Part shown: piece after piece, positions 60,346 through 64,000 of the stretch
Layout of the letters: the number at the start of each line of letters is the position of its first letter
Position numbering within the stretch: the first letter of the stretch is position 1
Assembly: GCA_047967505.1 (NCBI GenBank)
Contig: CM106538.1
Length of the DNA: 64,000 nt
DNA from: Dipteris shenzhenensis
Taxonomy: Eukaryota
Strand: one strand, 5' to 3'
Made by a program: the position numbers and the translations under genes
Notes under the pieces: generated by a model
Database searches by the model: none
What the model was told of the DNA's origin: nothing
The model's input: only the letters and a program-made list of their open reading frames with translations

Positions 60346-60876
60346 TATGGCCTACCAACCAACATTGTTAGTGATCAACATAGCAAATTTATTAGTTATT
60401 GACCAGCTGGAAATTGGAGTTTCCAGGCCTTCTTGGCCTTCCCCGAGAAAATCCAGATCTTGGCGGATGGCAGAAAAGCTCCTATGGGCCCGAAGGCCCA
60501 CTCGTTGGGATGAGCAGCTAGATCCTCGGCAGTTAATGCAGTTTTGGCAGCCCACTCGAAATAATTTCCCAACGCAAATAGGAACAGAGTCATTTCAACG
60601 ACCCCCCTCCTTAGAGGCTTGTTTTTATGAGGTTTGTAACTACATTGTATATGAGCACTGGGTAGAAGCATGATAAGGTGGTAAAATACCTACCACATTT
60701 TGCAATGGTAGCTACCACTAGTAACCTCTACAAAAAAGCAAAACAGAAGCATCAAGCATTTATGAAAACCCTATGATATGACTATCGATAGAAAGAGTTG
60801 ATGAAGCACCTTCATATGAGCCAATAATCACCAAATTTAGAATAGATATGATAAAATAAGTGACCAAACTGACGAT

Positions 60877-63800
60877 CTAGTAGCAACCTGTCTCCTCCTT
60901 GTTCACCATGTCCTCTGGCTTTGCCTCCACTCCCCTTGTCAATTTCCACAGCTTCTGAGCTACTAAATGACTCTGGATCTTCACCTTCCCGATCGGGTAA
61001 TTTGACCCATCCAGTTTTCCAGACTCTCCAAAGTTAGGGATGGTGAAAGAAAAAAATCTAAGGGAGGAGGAAGGGAGAGCAAGGGCTGAAGAGGATGAAG
61101 AGATCGACATCTCTGTTGCTAAACCACACAACAAAGTCGAACAAACTCAACCTTCAGTAGATCAGAACTCTGAACGCACCTAACTGAACCTGAGTCACCC
61201 TCCTTCTCACAATGCCCTGTCCTCCAGTCGTGGAGGTCGATTCCCAAGAGCCTCTGAATCAGGGTCATCCTTCAGCAAGGTCCCTGCTTTCATGCTCCCA
61301 CACTTGTGAGCCTCCTACTTGGACTTTGATACCATGTTAGAAATCGACCAACAGAGGGTACGCACAGCGGAAGACTAATAGAATAGCCCAAGAGCTCACA
61401 CTATGTGTGTGTGGGAGTGTGGAATCACAAACATCTTAACTTAATGTGCATCAAAAAGATGTGCAAACTCATCAATAGACAATGAACCACCCAGATAGAG
61501 AAACCACCAAAATTTCCGTCCAAAGCTATGGACACAATACAAAAGAGATAGATCCAGAGTCCCACCAATGGTGTGGTCCTCTGATTTTACCACAAGGTCC
61601 TCCTATCTGCCGGTAATCTCTAGACTCGAGCCCGCGTGCTCCACCTCGAGCGTAGGTAGACTCTGTCTCGATCTCAGCACCCTGCTACCCTGGTAGGCAG
61701 CCTAGGGTCCAGCCTTGTGAGCTAAGTCTGCAGCAGCACCTCCAGCTCTCCTTTACCTCCTGGTTGTAGGCCAAGTGATGAGGGTAACCTGCTCCTATCT
61801 GCTCCTCTGATGGCTGACCTGCTGGATGTGAAGAATGAGGCTGGATGCCTCCTTTTATAGGCCCAAAGGGCCCCTTGAAGTGACCCACTGGCCTGCCCTA
61901 ATATGGCCGACCAGTCTGCCATAAAACCGATCCCACAGGCCCCTTTTTATTGGGTTGTGGGCACATCTCTAGGGCTGTGTGCTTCCCTTGAAGTGGGGGC
62001 CAAGCTCCCCTTGCTTTGTGTGCCAGCCTCCTCCCACTCCCCCCTACGCATGGGGCTGTGGGCTGGCCTATGTGGCCCACCAGTTTCCTGGCCCTATATA
62101 AGGGCAGGGTGCTGCCCACTGCAGCCCCTCCCTTCCCTGCAACTCCTGTGCTGCTGCCAGGCCACCTTCAGGACCTTCTTGCAGGTTGTATCCCTGCCCA
62201 TGGATCCGCCATGCTGCCGTACTGCTTGTGTGCCTGCCTGTAGACAGCCGCCATGTTTTGCACCTCTGCCAGGCTCTTGTGCTGCCCCGCCACCTGCTGT
62301 AGGGCACACATCTGCCCAGAGTCCTTGCCTCCTGGGTTCCATGGCTTTCTCTTCTTTGACGTGAGGTGCTGCCCATGTGGCAGCCCCCTCTCTTTCTTTC
62401 TCTTGGGCACATCTTGCCCTAGGTCTCCCTCCCCCACGCTCTCCTCATATTGGGGATTACAGATGGGGAGGTGAGCTTTCCAACACCCCCTCTCACTGAC
62501 ACCGGCCTAATGCCAACACGTCGATGGCACCACCACCTTCAATCACGTTCCCGCCTTCGAACTCGAGCAATCCAGATGCCACGATCTTCCAATTGTCCCC
62601 ATAATGAGTGAACAACCTGGAGTCTTCCAAGCACCATGCTCTGAGGGTCTCTTTCAACCCATCCTTCCTTTGGCAAGGTCTGCAACAAATGAATATCTCT
62701 AGATAACCTGGACCACGAACTCTCACTGAGCTCTCAAGCACGTACTCTTCTGGCTTCAGTAAACCTTGTCCATCACCTTCTAGCAATGTGTGTCCGGGAT
62801 TTGAAGAAGCACCCACACTCCCCCTTTTACCTTCGAAGAAGGCCAATTCCTTCCAATCTCGCATCACCTGAGACAAATGAAGAGCAGAGTCTCTCCACAG
62901 CATCCTATAAAGGCTCAAATTTAAATCATCAAGTACATACCAGTTCGTGGTACTGGCTGTATGCTTGCTCTGAAAGCAAATCATGCACCTCATTGAGGCA
63001 CATACCAATAGCCTGTGTAATCTTGTATTGTCCCCTTCTTAAGTACAACATCCATCTAAGCATGAAACCCCAAGGCACTCCATGGAATCCACCCTCGTGT
63101 CAGTATCAACAGCCATGCACTTGGAAGATACCAAGCACTCCATGCTGTCCTTCACCTTCACAAAGGCTTCTAACTCCTCGTCGATCCACATGTCAATGTC
63201 AGACATCGTCACTATGGTTCCTAGGTCGGCATATCTAAACTCAGTAACACACGGAGATGTCACTAAGAACAACTCTTCGATTACCACATTTGCTTTGGCT
63301 TTTGTGTCACCCTTTGAATTTGAGTCCGACTCCTTTCTCTTGTTTTTCTAATCCGCCTTCTTTCTACAATCCTTCGCAAAATGGCCTGGCTTATCACAAT
63401 AGAAGCATTTCTTCTTCTGCTTCCTCTTGGAAGTGTCCTCATCATCAAAGTCATCCTTCTTGGCAATCCACCGTTAGGTTTGCCCTTTCCTTTGCCAGCA
63501 TAATCCTTCACCAGCAGTGCCTTGTCGTCTTTGTTGTTGTTGTAGAGCTTCTCCCTAGCTTCTTCATGTAGCAGTAAAGCACCCAACTCCTTAAAAGTCA
63601 AAGGTTTGGTCCTCTGTCCTGCTATCACAGTCGTAACAAAGCTTTTAAAACTCTGAGGTAGCCTCCTCACTACCATCAAGGCCAAATGGCATGAGTCCAC
63701 CTTCTGACCAACTGATGCCAGTTGATCCCTCACCACCTTGACCTTCGTCAAGTGGTCATGTACCGAATCTCCCTCATCCATATCAAGGTTGTCAAGCTGA

Positions 63801-64000
63801 TGCTGAAGAAGCAAGATCCAGGATGTGTTGTGTGTCTCATACAAATCCTTCAGAATGACCCATGCCTCTACTGACGTCTCCGCCATTTGGATATGACGAA
63901 GCACAGAGTTCACCATATTCCCTATGATCAATGCTAGGGAATGGGCATCTCTGTATTCCCAAGCTTCGAGCTCCTCTCCATCTATTGGCATGAGTATCTT
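60877..64000 (-). mobile_element. Copia elements in tandem sharing LTR 61335-62485
   Basis: gag AWVILKDLYE...MDEGDSVHDHL...LPQSF, zinc knuckle and protease remnant (63000-64000); polypurine tract at 62486; TG...CA LTR; PBS at 61325-61334; second gag start KLDGSNY. Confidence 0.85.

Noticed and set aside
61685-62474. Overlapping GC-rich ORFs on both strands
   Set aside because: They lie inside an LTR and have no recognisable domain.

Overview
Repeat-dense eukaryotic DNA from a land plant. Large TE-filled introns suggest a large-genome lineage such as a fern, but this is inference only. One apparently intact host gene is present: the last 8 exons (7766-18129, +) of an organellar-type GET3/ArsA ATPase, whose 5' exons lie outside the window. 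There is also a UDP-glycosyltransferase pseudogene split by a transposon and half inverted. The rest is mostly decayed, nested Copia and Gypsy LTR elements, LINE fragments, a hAT transposase relic, a hAT MITE and a PIF/Harbinger nuclease. The main discovery is a DNA transposon family present in three degenerate copies (30569-~36090 +, 44849-~50510 +, ~52250-56468 -). Each copy starts with a 34-bp terminal repeat (CATTAGGGGAGAA...). Combining the copies, the element encodes (i) a 4-exon DDE transposase with RAG1/Transib/Chapaev-type motifs, (ii) its own divergent histone H3 gene with a greatly lengthened N-terminal tail, (iii) a ~180-bp hairpin, and (iv) a convergent gene of unknown function. 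Synonymous-biased divergence between copies indicates that the H3 and the unknown gene were maintained as proteins within the element. All family assignments come from motif recognition by eye; no database search was run.
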